Under the pieces are notes generated by a model, which saw nothing but the letters and a program-made list of their open reading frames with translations, was not told where the DNA came from and searched no databases. The position numbers and the translations under genes are program-made. DNA of 63,052 nt, the filler included, from Octopus bimaculoides (taxonomy: Eukaryota): NCBI RefSeq assembly GCF_001194135.2. It is 9 parts of 6 records of this genome, joined end to end, with 100 filler letters (N's around TTAATTAATTAA, not from the genome) between each part and the next. Parts side by side here need not be neighbours in the genome. Positions count along the whole stretch, not along the records: positions 1 to 12,678 come from NW_026418687.1; positions 12,779 to 21,412 come from NC_068990.1; positions 21,513 to 32,776 come from NC_068983.1; 6 more parts are not named here. One strand, written 5' to 3'. This document shows, in pieces, positions 10,861 through 23,667 of this stretch (position 1 is the stretch's first letter; each line of letters opens with the position of its first letter).

Positions 10861-11849
10861 TGAAGAAATAGAGTTGTACCAACACACAGCTGCTACACAT
10901 TTTCTATTGAGCAGACAGAGCTACATAAAAGCAAACTGCTTTGCTCAAGGACATGTAGCATTATCCGATCGAGAAATCGAACCTACGCTATTATGATTAC
11001 TAACTAAAAATTGAGACTACGAGACGGCGCGCCGCCTTCATTGAAACATTATTATCATTTGACGTTAATACAACAAATAACACAAATCACAGGCACCCAA
11101 GATACTGCGGGGTGGAATCAAACTCAGAACTACATGACTGAAAATTGAACATATCATTGATAGAGCCACACATGCAGCCGTTAAATAAATTACTTAAGTC
11201 AATTATGAAATTTAAAAATAAAATTGTTTTTAGAGAAAACGGAACAAAGCAAGGAACAAAATGAAATGTAGAATGTTTGATTCTTATCGATAACGAAGTC
11301 TTCACATTATTCATAATTGATTTACAATTGATGTTTCGTGTAATAGACAACAATTAAGGACAAAACGTGTAATTTTAATTATAACAGGAAAAGAGTGAAA
11401 AAAAGTAAAGTAATAGGGAATATTGTGAAAAGGAAGTATCACTCTCTCTCTTCCCACATGCGCACTCACTCACACATACTCACACACAAACACACAAGCA
11501 CTCACACTTACAGTCACAAATGTAGGTAAATTCGAAGGGATGTAACAACACACAATATCTAATAATAATTCAGCTTGTTCCTCCGTTAGTTATTTACGCT
11601 TTCATGTGATAGGTGGAAATGAAAGACGAAAAGCAAGAGACAGAGAGGAGGAAAGAAGAAGGAGAGAGAAAAAGAGGATACGGCAAAGAGTGAGAGAGAA
11701 AGCGGGAGAGAGAAAGAGAAGGGGAGAGAAAAAGAGGGAGAGAGAAACGTCTATGACGTGAGGTAGGGGTAAACTAATAGTTATTACGTGCTTAAAAGAG
11801 TTACTTGAGGGTAGTAATATCGAGAAGAAGAGTTAGAAATGTAGACCAT

Positions 11850-12560
11850 GTGGTCACGAACAAGCGTAGTCATATTCTTGGCCCAACAGCATATCCAAGA
11901 TGTTACATTTTAAATTTGGTTCCACTAATAGATTGCATTTGGAATATGCAAATTAGTTGGTTGATCTCCTTTCGCTGAAAAACGCTAGCTTTATCCATCC
12001 TATCACATGGGCATTTATTCACAAAACCAAGTGCACCAATTATTGTCGGTATACATACGAATTTATAATCTGGGTATAAAAGCTGGAGTTTTCGAAACAG
12101 TTGTCCATAGTTACTCTCTTTCTCTTTGATTTTTGAAAAGATATTTACATCAGTAGGACAGCTGACCTCTTTGATGGTGCATACTTTATTTGTCTGTCTC
12201 AAGCAACAATATCCAGATTGTTATGTTTACACTTGACAGATCTTTTGATGGGAATGTTCTACCAATATTCACTGTGTTGATATTTGTGTATGCATTCAAT
12301 AACAGCGGTGTTCGCTGTATTTATTCCAGGAGTGTCTTTCTTCCGGATGGCATTGTACATTGTTTGTGCGAGAACTTCGCATTGCATAGGGACGTAATAC
12401 CTCGATGAGATTTTTGGTCAGCCGCTTAGCACATATGTGATGTCTTCTACAGGAAGTGACTTAATCTAGATTTTCGGTTGCATCTTGGAGCCCCAATGGC
12501 TTCACTGTCTCTTTTGTTAATTAGGTATTTGGTACCTATTTCATGTAGGCAAGACATGTG
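11850..12560 (-). mobile_element. R4-type RLE LINE 3' fragment (CCHC region, RLE, 3' UTR)
   Basis: Minus-strand EIGTKYLINKRD, EDITYVLSG*PKISSRYYVPM, EYW*NIPIKRSVKCKHN, EVSCPTDVNI..KEKESNYGQL, IPTIIGALGFV. Confidence 0.8.
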
Positions 12561-12678
12561 GCCTGGTTCACAGACGGACCCTGCAGTTGCCGAGTGGGAA
12601 GGCCGCCATCACGATAGGAAGACGATTTAGTTAAACGCTCCAGGACAAGAGGGAAAAAAGGCGAAATCAAGAAAATCA

Positions 12679-12778
12679 NNNNNNNNNNNNNNNNNNNNNN
12701 NNNNNNNNNNNNNNNNNNNNNNTTAATTAATTAANNNNNNNNNNNNNNNNNNNNNNNNNNNNNNNNNNNNNNNNNNNN
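12679..12778. other. Assembly linker 44N-TTAATTAATTAA-44N; same 12-mer at 21457, 32821, 41441, 46478, 50948, 52546, 60646
   Basis: Identical 12-mer centred in a 100-bp block at eight sites. Confidence 0.97.
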
Positions 12779-12822
12779 ATATATATATATATATATACAT
12801 AGATATATATGTATATACATAT

Positions 12823-13030
12823 TCTTTTAGTCGTTTCAGTCTTAGACTGAGGCCATGCTGGAGTACCACCTTTAGTCGAGTAGATCAATCTATTGTTTGT
12901 GGGCCTAGTACATATTCTATTGGTTTCTTTTGCCGAACTGTTAAGTTACAAGGATGTAAGTTACCAGCATTGGTTGTAAAGTAATGCTGAGGGCACAAAC
13001 ACAGAACACACACACACATACATACATACA

Positions 13031-13066
<36 letters not shown>

Positions 13067-13230
13067 TATATATATGCGATGGACTTCTTTCAGTCTCCAT
13101 CTACCAAATCCATTTACAAGGCTTTGGTCGGCCTGCGGCTATAGTAGAAGACACTTGCCCAAGGTACCTTGCGGTGGAACTAAATCCAGAATCATGTGGT
13201 CGGTAAGCTAGCTACTTACCACAGGGCCAC
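12823..13230 (-). mobile_element. SINE family A
   Basis: Reverse complement of the family A head and tail around a (TACA)/(TA) core. Confidence 0.85.
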
Positions 13231-13644
13231 ATAATAATTCAAATGAGAAGGACAGAAATTCTAATTGATGTTACGATCATTTCAGTAAGCAACCTGTTTT
13301 TATTCTATACCACATATTAAATATGTAATATGCAATAAAATTAAATGAAATAACGATTGTTACTGCTTGTTCATGTCGTCAGACATTATTATTTGAAACA
13401 ATTGATTTAAAAAATAATATGCAATGCAGTATAGATTTACAAATTTTTATAGGTCTGTTCACTCCATTCAAATGCACAACCTGTGTATAATCCTTCATGA
13501 ACAAATTTCTAAGCATTTGAAATGTTGAAGGAAGTATATGTCCACTCTCCAAGAGAAAATAAAAAGCAATATTCAGACAAAGCTTTTCAAACAGTTCTAT
13601 ATTTAAAAGATGAGGAATTATGTACATTATTTACATATGCCCAT

Positions 13645-13815
13645 GGGCATATGGCATAGTGGTTAAGAGCACAGGCTACTAACGCCAAGATTCCGAGTTC
13701 GATTCCAAGCAGTGACCTGAACAATAATAATAAGAAGAAAGCTGGAGGGTATATCAGCCGAAACGGGCTAACAACAAACAAGATGAGGGCAAATATCCAT
13801 CGAATGTAAATAATG
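13645..13815 (+). mobile_element. SINE family F: tRNA-like head, (AAT)n, hammerhead-like tail
   Basis: A box tggcatagtgg, B box gagttcgattcc; tail gctg-gagggtatat-cagc-c-gaaac; 12-bp inverted repeat cattatttacat (13625-13636) and atgtaaataatg (13804-13815). Confidence 0.65.
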
Positions 13816-13893
13816 CAAAGAAAGCTTTTCAAAATTTCTTAAAAATACATTTGTTTACTGAAATGATTATATCATCAAATTGTAGACAAAACA

Positions 13894-14036
13894 GGTGCAG
13901 GAGTGACTCTGTGGTAAGTAACTTGCTTACTAACCACATGGTTCTGGGTTCAGTCCCACTGCATGGCATCTTGGGCTAGTGTCTTCTACTATAGCCTTGG
14001 GCTGACCAAAGCCTTGTGAGTGGATTNNNNNNNNNN

Positions 14037-14077
<41 letters not shown>

Positions 14078-14305
14078 ATATATGTTTATATGTACATGTT
14101 TGTGTGTCTGTGTTTGTCCCCCACCATTGCTTGACAACTGATGTTGGTGTGTTGAGGTCCCTGTAACTTAGCAGTTTGGCACAAGAGACCGATAGAATAA
14201 GTACTTGGCTTACAAAAAATAAGTCCTGGGGTCAATTTGTTCAACTAAAGGTGATGCTCCAGCAGGCTGCAGTCAAATGATTTAAACAGATAATAGAATA
14301 AAAAG
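13894..14305 (+). mobile_element. SINE family A, CpG-decayed copy
   Basis: Full head and tail; most consensus CpGs converted to TpG/CpA. Confidence 0.9.
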
Positions 14306-14514
14306 AATTATAAATAAAGACAAAAGGAAAAAAAAAATTGTATGTCAATAATGCTGAAAATTAGACTTTTGTTTATTTCTCAACATATTGGCATAGAAAA
14401 TGTTTTCTTCTTTTGCCCTTATTTATAATTGTTTATAATTTTCACCTTAAAAGGTATTTTAATATGCTGGCCACTTACAAGATTAAAAAAAAAAATTAAT
14501 CCTTTTATTAAAAG

Positions 14515-14765
14515 TGTGGAGGTGCATGGCTTAGTGGTTAGGGTGTCAGTACCATGGTCGTAAGATTGTGGTTTCAATTCCTGGACCAGGCGATGCTTTG
14601 TGTTCTTGAGTAAAACACTTCATTTCACGTTGCTCCATTCCACTCAGCTGGCAAAAATGAGTAATGCTGCAATGGACTGGCGTCCCATCCAGCTGGGGAA
14701 CACATACGCCACAGACACCGGGAAACTGGGCCCATGAGCTTGGCTAAGCTTTAAAAGGGCGCATT
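14515..14765 (+). mobile_element. SINE family E, tRNA head
   Basis: tggcttagtggttagg A box, ggtttcaattcc B box, ggactggcgtcccatccag core; a second decayed copy at ~38770-38960. Confidence 0.7.
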
Positions 14766-15521
14766 TAATAATTTTATTAAAAGTAAATTTATTATCAAAT
14801 TGAATTTTTTTTATCACATTTTAAATATAATACACTCTGTGAAGCATATTTTATGCCTATTGACTATACCATGGATTGTGAAGTGTTCCCTTCTATAATC
14901 TAATGTATCAATATATATGTGTGTGTGTGTGTGTTTTAGTTGGTGAATCTGGAAGAAGAGTCAGAGCCCATGTCTCTTGCAAGTCCTATAAGACTAGTGA
15001 GATTGATACTGTAAATATTCTGTTTCAAGTGCAGACAAAAGATAGCAGGAAAAACTTGTGGGAAGAGATTCCAGGAGATTGATGTTCAAGGGATAAAATA
15101 TATAAATAAATATAAATGAATATGTGTGTGTGTGTGTGTGTGTGTAGATGGAGAGAGAGAGAGAGAGTGAGTTGGGGAAATGGACAGCTAAAAGGGCAGA
15201 CAAATAAATACTCATATCCATATATGTATATATGGATACTATGTAATTGGATATTCAAATGGAGGAGACTAGATAGTGATAGCAGACTTAAGCATGCCTT
15301 TATACAATATTTATGAAATGCAGAATGCTACTCAAGTTGCACGTCATCTCAGTAAATGAAACTCTCAAGATGCTCAGACACACAGACTTTCATACATCAG
15401 ACATCATTTAATATGACTGCTCTTATGCGATTCACACAAGAACAAACATATCCAATAATGTCACTCACTATTTGACAAAAACTTATGTTATTGTATGTAT
15501 TTCACAAGTTATATACTTATA

Positions 15522-15575
<54 letters not shown>

Positions 15576-16250
15576 NNNNNNNNNNNNNNNNNNNNNNNNN
15601 NNNNNNNNNNNNNNNNNNNNNNNNNNNNNNNNNNNNNNNNNNNNNNNNNNNNNNNNNNNNNNNNNNNNNNNNNNATATATGCATGCATATATATATATAT
15701 GTATATATATATATGCATGCATATATATATATATGTATATATATACATACATATGTATATATATGTATGTATTTACATATGCAGGCATATATGCTTTTAA
15801 AACACATCAGCAAGTGGGCCGACAGCCTATCTACTTGACCAGATTGCATATTTATTTAAGTAAAACAGACACACACACACACACACACACACAAAATACT
15901 ACACAATTGAAATGAAATGATTAACAATACGCAAGCAGAAATATATCATGTAAAATTAAAAGAATACAACTAAATAAAAAGAGGGAAAACTTTAAAATAA
16001 ATATAAATGCTTTCAAGAGACTGTGAAGAGACAGAGAATAGTCTATTTGTAAAAATAATAAATAAAATTCGTTAGAAGAATAGTAGAAGTGAAACTGCTT
16101 CCAGGCCTATCTGGCTGTAATGCCAAGTATTGGAGACAGAATGAAAAATAATGAATAAATGGTAAAAAATGATAATTTTAATATTAAAAATACAAGAGAA
16201 AATACAATGATAATAATATCATAAAATAGTGCCTGAATAAATGTATATTA

Positions 16251-16282
<32 letters not shown>

Positions 16283-16581
16283 GTATACATTTATATATAC
16301 ATATACAAATGTATATTATTATATATATATGTAAATGTGAATGCGAATTTATATATATATAAACTATATACTCTCACACATAAACACACATTAATTCAAA
16401 TACATTTATACATTGATATACTCATTGATGTAAATATTTATACATCTATATCTATCTATCTATCTATCTATCATCTATCTATCCATGTATCCATCCATCC
16501 ATTTATCTATCCATTTGTTTGTCTGTCTGTCTATCTATATATCTATTTGACTGTCTATCTATCTACCTACCTACCCATCTA

Positions 16582-16685
<104 letters not shown>

Positions 16686-16731
16686 CATGCCAGCATGGAA
16701 GATGGACGTTAAATGATGATGATGATGATTC

Positions 16732-16765
<34 letters not shown>

Positions 16766-17771
16766 ACAAAAATAACCAAAGACACAATGAATGCTAAAGA
16801 ATCTGATAAAATATAAAAATTAAATATATACTAGATAAATTTAACAGAAAAAAATAAATGTTAATGTTGCTTTGAGGCTAACATAGATGTAATGTAAGGG
16901 GTTTGTATTTGAATAAAATAAATAAACAAACAAATAAATATTTATTTCAATACTGTTTTATAAGCATTGAACATCTTTGATATAAATTTGATAGGAATTT
17001 AACATTTTCTATAACAATAGCAAATATTTTATGTCTTATATCTCTCCCTTTCTTTTAGACTAAGACAAAACATTATGTGTATATACACAAGCATATAAAT
17101 ATATACAGATGCACATATATATATATAGATACATGCATACATATACAAATATATGTATGTGTGTGTGTATGTATATATATTCATATGTGTGTGTAATTTG
17201 TGTCTGTACGTCTGTCAGTGTATGTTTCTCTTGAAATGTTTTAATGATTTTAGACATTTGACTGATACCCAGCATGGCCAGCACATAGCCCTGGTAGATG
17301 CCATGCTGTGGTTAGCTGTTTGAATTATGCCTGAGTAGTCATTTCTGTCTTGTACTTGGGTTATCAGACTCTGCTTGTTGAATGCTAAAATTACATTTAG
17401 ACTTGACAATTTATAGTGGTATATATCAATACAAACACACATGTGCATGTTAACTCTTTTTTTCCCTCTCTCTCTCTCTATATATATATATATAATACAA
17501 ATAATAAATGAGTATATGCATATATACGTACATGTATGTACATACTTACATCTACCTGTATATATAGATGCATATCTGGGTACAGGACGTTGCAAACAAA
17601 GCGTAGACAAAATGATAAACGAGTACAGTAAACACACAGGCCACATAGAGAACATCTTCATCAGCTGCCCCCATTCTAACACAGGCGTTTCGAAGAGTAG
17701 GGCAGGATGCATCGTTAAAATGGCTCTTCCCACGGACCACAAATTAAATTTCAATTCGATTTAATTCAAAT

Positions 17772-17832
<61 letters not shown>

Positions 17833-18847
17833 ATATTTGTATACCTTCATTTGTGAATATATATATATATATTTGTATATCTTCATTTGTGAATATATCC
17901 ACCAATGTGGTGTTGAGCACTCATTATCATCAGTCAACATTTATTTATATATATATTTTAATAATTTAGAGAAGAACCAACATGGTGCAACTTGCACGAA
18001 GAAGGAGATCAGACACCATCAAGAAAAGTGTACTATAGAAAACTAGTTTAAAAATCCAGGTAGTGAGTTGCGATAGACTTGTGTTTAACACTCTGCTAAT
18101 AGATATACACTAACCTTAGTCGTATTATACTTATTGTTATAAACCCTCAGCAATAATTAGTCTTGCTAGTACGTAGGCCTTGATTACACGTAGTTCGAGA
18201 TAATATTAACTTTCTACTTGGAGACCCTTTATAAGTTCACCGTAATACTACTTTCCTTCATTTTTAGCTATTGTATATTTTACGTACCCTTAATTTCTTT
18301 TACATGTTTGCTCCCATCACTTATTTCACTACTTATTCTTCTACTCCTTTACATAGCAGCATAATATTATTTGATTCTAGGTCTACACACTTGCTTTATC
18401 ATCATTTCTTCTTAGTTTTTCTTCCCTCTTCTCCTTCTACGCCATGATATCTCGTATCTCACGTGTTTTAGTTCTAAGCGCTGATTTGACATTTGAGATC
18501 ACGTGGTCTGTGCCATTTTGTCACGTGATACACATAGTATATATTTCTTTGCTTTTGGATAGTACCTCAGTAAATCAGGTTTCCTTGAGTCGTTCGTATT
18601 TTGATGGTTTCACCGAAAGGGTGGTTGTTTTGCTTTGCGTGCTGTTGATAGTGTTGTAAATTGTGATTCGCTTGTTCCCGTAAGGGTGACTTTGATATTA
18701 TATTATTTGTACTGTGAACTGCGATCCTCCCCCTTCGGGGGAAGGAATTTTGTGCTCAAGTGAACTGTGTTGGTGTTAAACCAAACGATTATCTCTCCGT
18801 TAGACGGAGTTGTGTTGTGTTAAAAAATTATTTTTAAAAAAAAGGAA

Positions 18848-19959
18848 ATGGCTTCTATGGAGGTCCAAAATAATATGAATTTTGCAGCGGCCGTTGGCGG
18901 TCGTGAAATAATTCAATTTAAAATTGAAGAAATACAGAAGTTTTACGGGATGATAACAGAAAAAGATTTTGAAGCTAAGATCTCACCTCCAAGCGAACTA
19001 CAAAATAAAAGAACGAACAATTATCTACAAAACCTACAATGTAGAGACAAAGAAATTTGAACACTTGGAGGAGGGGACGATTGAAAAATGTCTCGGTTCA
19101 ACAATGATCCAAATTAAATATTTAACAAGGGGAATGAAATTCGCAACTGTGGAAGCAAGGTTCGAGTCGTCAGAACGGGCAAGAGAATATTCGACTCGAA
19201 CTTTGCAAAGTGAAAATATTCTGCTGCTACCGTTATACCTGGGACGGAGAACATCCAGGATTAAAATTAAAAACATCCCCCCTGGAGCAGAGGTAGGATG
19301 GATTTTGGCCACCCTCCTCCGCAGGAGAGAGGAAAAAATCAAAATAATCGAAATAATACGAGACGGTCCACTAAATTGGCGAGGTCAGACCCTAGAGATT
19401 CTGGCCAAAGCCACAAGCATCGACCTGAAGGATTTACCGGAAACTATTGTAATGAACGACATGAACATCTCTATTCACGTAGAAGGGAGAAAACCTCGGT
19501 GCTACAAGTGCAGCAAGAAGGGCCACATAAAAGAGAAGTGCCCCGAAAACAAGAAATCAGACCAACCTACACCTGTCTCCACCTCCAAGGAAGTTACCCC
19601 AAAGGATAAAAAAAAACAGAATCAAAAAAACCTGAAGCAAAAAAGGATGTACCTGAAAACAATAGAAAAAAACAAAGAAAGTGCGCCCCTGGATACAGAG
19701 GTTGCGGAAAAAAACGCACCTACCAAAAAGGGTGAACTCCCAGCCAAGGAGGCTGTTACCAGGAGTTCATCCCACCAAGAGGTAACACACGTAAGAGAGG
19801 AGTACATTACGGATAGTGAAGAAGAAAAAAGTGTGACTACAGACGAGTATAAAGTGTGCTCTAGGAAGAGACAAAAAAAAACTGATTCCCCGAAAGCAAT
19901 TCGAGCTAAAATACCCAAGCCCCTGAACACAGAAAGGAAAAAAAAGAAAATGTCCTTCA
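18848..19959 (+). CDS. LINE ORF1, gag-like nucleic-acid-binding protein, with one frameshift
   Basis: ATG at 18848 (MASMEVQNNMNFAAAVGG). An apparent 1-nt deletion in caaaataaaa (~19001-19005) joins it to the 18969 frame. CYKCSKKGHIKEKC at ~19500-19541, then a K/E/S-rich tail running into the N gap. Confidence 0.8.
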
Positions 19960-20525
19960 NNNNNNNNNNNNNNNNNNNNNNNNNNNNNNNNNNNNNNNNN
20001 NNNNNNNNNNNNNNNNNNNNNNNNNNNNNNNNNNNNNNNNNNNNNNNNNNNNNNNNNNNNNNNNNNNNNNNNNNNNNNNNNNNNNNNNNNNNNNNNNNNN
20101 NNNNNNNNNNNNNNNNNNNNNNNNNNNNNNNNNNNNNNNNNNNNNNNNNNNNNNNNNNNNNNNNNNNNNNNNNNNNNNNNNNNNNNNNNNNNNNNNNNNN
20201 NNNNNNNNNNNNNNNNNNNNNNNNNNNNNNNNNNNNNNNNNNNNNNNNNNNNNNNNNNNNNNNNNNNNNNNNNNNNNNNNNNNNNNNNNNNNNNNNNNNN
20301 NNNNNNNNNNNNNNNNNNNNNNNNNNNNNNNNNNNNNNNNNNNNNNNNNNNNNNNNNNNNNNNNNNNNNNNNNNNNNNNNNNNNNNNNNNNNNNNNNNNN
20401 NNNNNNNNNNNNNNNNNNNNNNNNNNNNNNNNNNNNNNNNNNNNNNNNNNNNNNNNNNNNNNNNNNNNNNNNNNNNNNNNNNNNNNNNNNNNNNNNNNNN
20501 NNNNNNNNNNNNNNNNNNNNNNNNN

Positions 20526-21412
20526 TATAGATGTGATGGTTGTTACAGAGACCAGGCTGGACAAGCTGCAGGCCTTCTCTGCACTCCTGAACGGCTACGA
20601 GAAAATAATTTCTTCTAGCCGGGAGGGAGGGAGCAGAGGGGTAGCTGTCTTGATCCGTAAAAGCTTGGTCATGCAAGTAAGTACAATCTTCGTGGACCCA
20701 GAAGGCGAGTTGGTCGTTCTGGATCTAACATACAGTGGTAAGGCCGTCAGACTGGTGGGCATCTACGCGCCTAGTAATGCAAGCAAACGGGTTGGCTTCT
20801 TTCAACGCCTGGAGAATTTCCTGGTAACATACAATACACTAGTGGTACTAGGTGACTTCAACGCTATACTGGATGCACGCATAGATAGCGTGGGCTCAAC
20901 AGATAAAAAAGGAAACACTTGCCTCATCGATCTGCTGAAGCGTTTCAGGCTGGCAGATCGATACAGACTTGACCACCCAAACACTCCAGTGTGGACCTGG
21001 ACAAGAAGTGACGGAATGGTCAGGTCTTAAATAGACAGGATAGTGGTAAGCACTAGAGATAGTCACAGTTTCAGTTGTTCACAATTTACATATGTACCCT
21101 ACACAGATCACAAGTTAGTGACGTGTAGGGTGAATATAGATAAGGTACATAGACAGGGATCTGGCTACTGGAAGTTGAACAAGACTATATTGGATTGCAA
21201 GGCTTACCGTAGCCAGATTAAGGAGTTAGTGAAGAGGGCGCTTACCGGAGCTGTTATCAACAACCGGTGGTGGAGCGCCCTCAAAAGAGCCCTTCGAATT
21301 GAGTCAATTAGATTTAGCAAACAGTTAACTCTAGAACAGACTAGAATAGAAAGGGATTTAGTTAAGGCATTAGACGAGGCATTGAGAACGGGCTCTGCGT
21401 CACAAGTGTTGG
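20526..21412 (+). pseudogene. LINE ORF2 APE endonuclease and linker with premature stop
   Basis: DVMVVTETRL, GVAVLI, LVGIYAPS, VLGDFNAILD, WTW..RS*IDRI (TAA at 21028-21030 where Y is expected), TDHKLV, GSGYWKLN. Confidence 0.9.
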
Positions 21413-21512
21413 NNNNNNNNNNNNNNNNNNNNNNNNNNNNNNNNNNNNNNNNNNNNTTAATTAATTAANNNNNNNNNNNNNNNNNNNNNNNNNNNNNNNN
21501 NNNNNNNNNNNN

Positions 21513-21799
21513 CTCCACAGACACGTGTACCGTTAACGTAGTTCTCGAGGATATTCAGCGTGACACAGTGTGACAAGGCTGGCCCTTTGAATTGCAGGTA
21601 CAGCAGAAACAGGAAGTAAGAGTGAGAGAAAGTTGTGGTGAAAGAGTACAGCAGGGTTCACCACCATCCCCTGCCGGAGCCTCGTGGAGCTTTAGGTGTT
21701 TTCACTCAATAAACACTCACAACGCCCGGTCTGGGAATTGAAACCACGATCCTATGACCGCGAGTCCGCTGCCCTAACCACTGGGCCATTGCGCCTCCG
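21513..21799 (-). mobile_element. SINE family B, cut by gap
   Basis: Near-identical to the other family B copies. Confidence 0.9.
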
Positions 21800-21925
21800 C
21801 AATAGAATAAGTACTATGACTTAAAAATAAGTCCTTGAAAATAAGTCAATTTGCTCGACTAACACCCCTCAGGGCGGTGCTCTAGCATGGCCATAGTCAA
21901 ATCACTGAAACAAAAGTATAAAAGA
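21800..21925 (+). mobile_element. SINE family A tail, interrupted by family B
   Basis: aatagaataagtact...ggcggtgctctagcatggccatagtcaaatcactgaaac. Confidence 0.7.
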
Positions 21926-22239
21926 ATACAAATGCGCGATTCGCGAGTACATTATTTAGTAAACATTGTACGCGCATGCGTGGCAATAAGCATTTAGTCG
22001 CCAGCGAACAGATTATAAAGACTAGCAAGTCCAACCTGTAGGCTAGTATTACCTACCCTAATGCTGACGTTAGAGAGAATAGTTTACCACTCTAAATATA
22101 GTATATCATTTCCCTGGCATAACTGTTAACTTTCACAACCATTTGAAGTGCTTCGTTGTGTTCATCTAGCGACAGACGTACATATGGGTAGACAGATAGA
22201 TAGAACAGAGACGTAGAAGTTTAATAGATAGATAAATAA

Positions 22240-22283
<44 letters not shown>

Positions 22284-22493
22284 GCAGGCAGATAGGCAGA
22301 CGACAGCCAAACAAATGGACAGAGACAGAACTAGACCTTTCGAGAGATAGATTGGTGAGTTGACAGATTAGATAGAAGTATCATTACAAACATGCATACA
22401 TACATACATACATCATACATTGATACAAATATTTGTATTTGCGCGTACATCTATATCTATATCTCTCTCTATATATATATGCATATATATGTA

Positions 22494-22537
<44 letters not shown>

Positions 22538-23198
22538 AATATATATGTATATGTATATATATGTNNNNNNNNNNNNNNNNNNNNNNNNNNNNNNNNNNNN
22601 NNNNNNNNNNNNNNNNNNNNNNNNNNNNNNNNNNNNNNNNNNNNNNNNNNNNNNNNNNNNNNNNNNNNNNNNNNNNNNNNNNNNNNNNNNNNNNNNNNNN
22701 NNNNNNNNNNNNNNNNNNNNNNNNNNNNNNNNNNNNNNNNNNNNNNNNNNNNNNNNNNNNNNNNNNNNNNNNNNNNNNNNNNNNNNNNNNNNNNNNNNNN
22801 NNNNNNNNNNNNNNNNNNNNNNNNNNNNNNNNNNNNNNNNNNNNNNNNNNNNNNNNNNNNNNNNNNNNNNNNNNNNNNNNNNNNNNNNNNNNNNNNNNNN
22901 NNNNNNNNNNNNNNNNNNNNNNNNNNNNNNNNNNNNNNNNNNNNNNNNNNNNNNNNNNNNNNNNNNNNNNNNNNNNNNNNNNNNNNNNNNNNNNNNNNNN
23001 NNNNNNNNNNNNNNNNNNNNNNNNNNNNNNNNNNNNNNNNNNNNNNNNNNNNNNNNNNNNNNNNNNNNNNNNNNNNNNNNNNNNNNNNNNNNNNNNNNNN
23101 NNNNNNNNNNNNNNNNNNNNNNNNNNNNNNNNNNNNNNNNNNNNNNNNNNNNNNNNNNNNNNNNNNNNNNNNNNNNNNNNNNNNNNNNNNNNNATATA

Positions 23199-23229
<31 letters not shown>

Positions 23230-23299
23230 TTGTATATATACTCTGGCTTACACACATTAATGTATAGTTATAAAACCGATAGTTTTGCTTTTTCAAATG

Positions 23300-23570
23300 C
23301 ATTTTCACCTTTTAATTTTCTTAACATTTCTTCTCCATATATGATAAAATTAATTCGAGAAGCTCTAATTCATCTGTTTCATTGATATGAATCAAAATCT
23401 AATAATGATTCTGGCCTTGTACCAAAAATTTTAAGCCAAAATTCGCTTATGAAATCAATTTCTATAAAAGTTATTATACTGTTAATTGAACTGATCTGGT
23501 TCTGTATGCTTAACTTGGTTATATAATTGGATAACTGAAAAATAAGTTGCGAAACGTTATTTTCAGCACT
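23300..23570 (+). mobile_element. Penelope-like element 3' remnant (endonuclease C-terminus and pLTR)
   Basis: KLIREALIHLFH*YESKSNNDSGL (23347-23420) resembles the PLE C-terminal RK.KEA....LN.D.G motif. A hammerhead-like remnant follows at 23530-23564. Confidence 0.5.
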
Positions 23571-23667
23571 TCAGAGATTCGTCGGCTCACGCTTTGTATC
23601 GGTACTGAAGAGAATGGACATGTTGGAAATGCTCAGTCGGAACAATTAATCTACATATCTCTTACCT

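Larger units (their letters stand above)
18445..21412 (+). mobile_element. L1/Tx1-clade non-LTR retrotransposon: 5' UTR, ORF1 and start of ORF2, truncated by gaps
   Basis: ORF1 with a CX2CX4HX4C knuckle followed by an APE endonuclease with the L1/Tx1-type YWKLN motif. The 5' boundary is approximate. Confidence 0.9.

Noticed and set aside
14940-15090. Exon-like stretch after gtgttttAG in the CpG-depleted block
   Set aside because: No recognisable peptide in any frame, no match to the missing ENTPD exons, and only a weak donor.
17655-17700. Minus-strand CGAAAC...CTGATGA in type II hammerhead order
   Set aside because: No valid UH cleavage triplet with stem I pairing, and stem II cannot form without using core bases.
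21930-22010. CpG-rich patch with NRF1-like cgcgcatgcgtg
   Set aside because: A single short motif between SINE and microsatellite sequence, with no adjacent exon or other promoter evidence.
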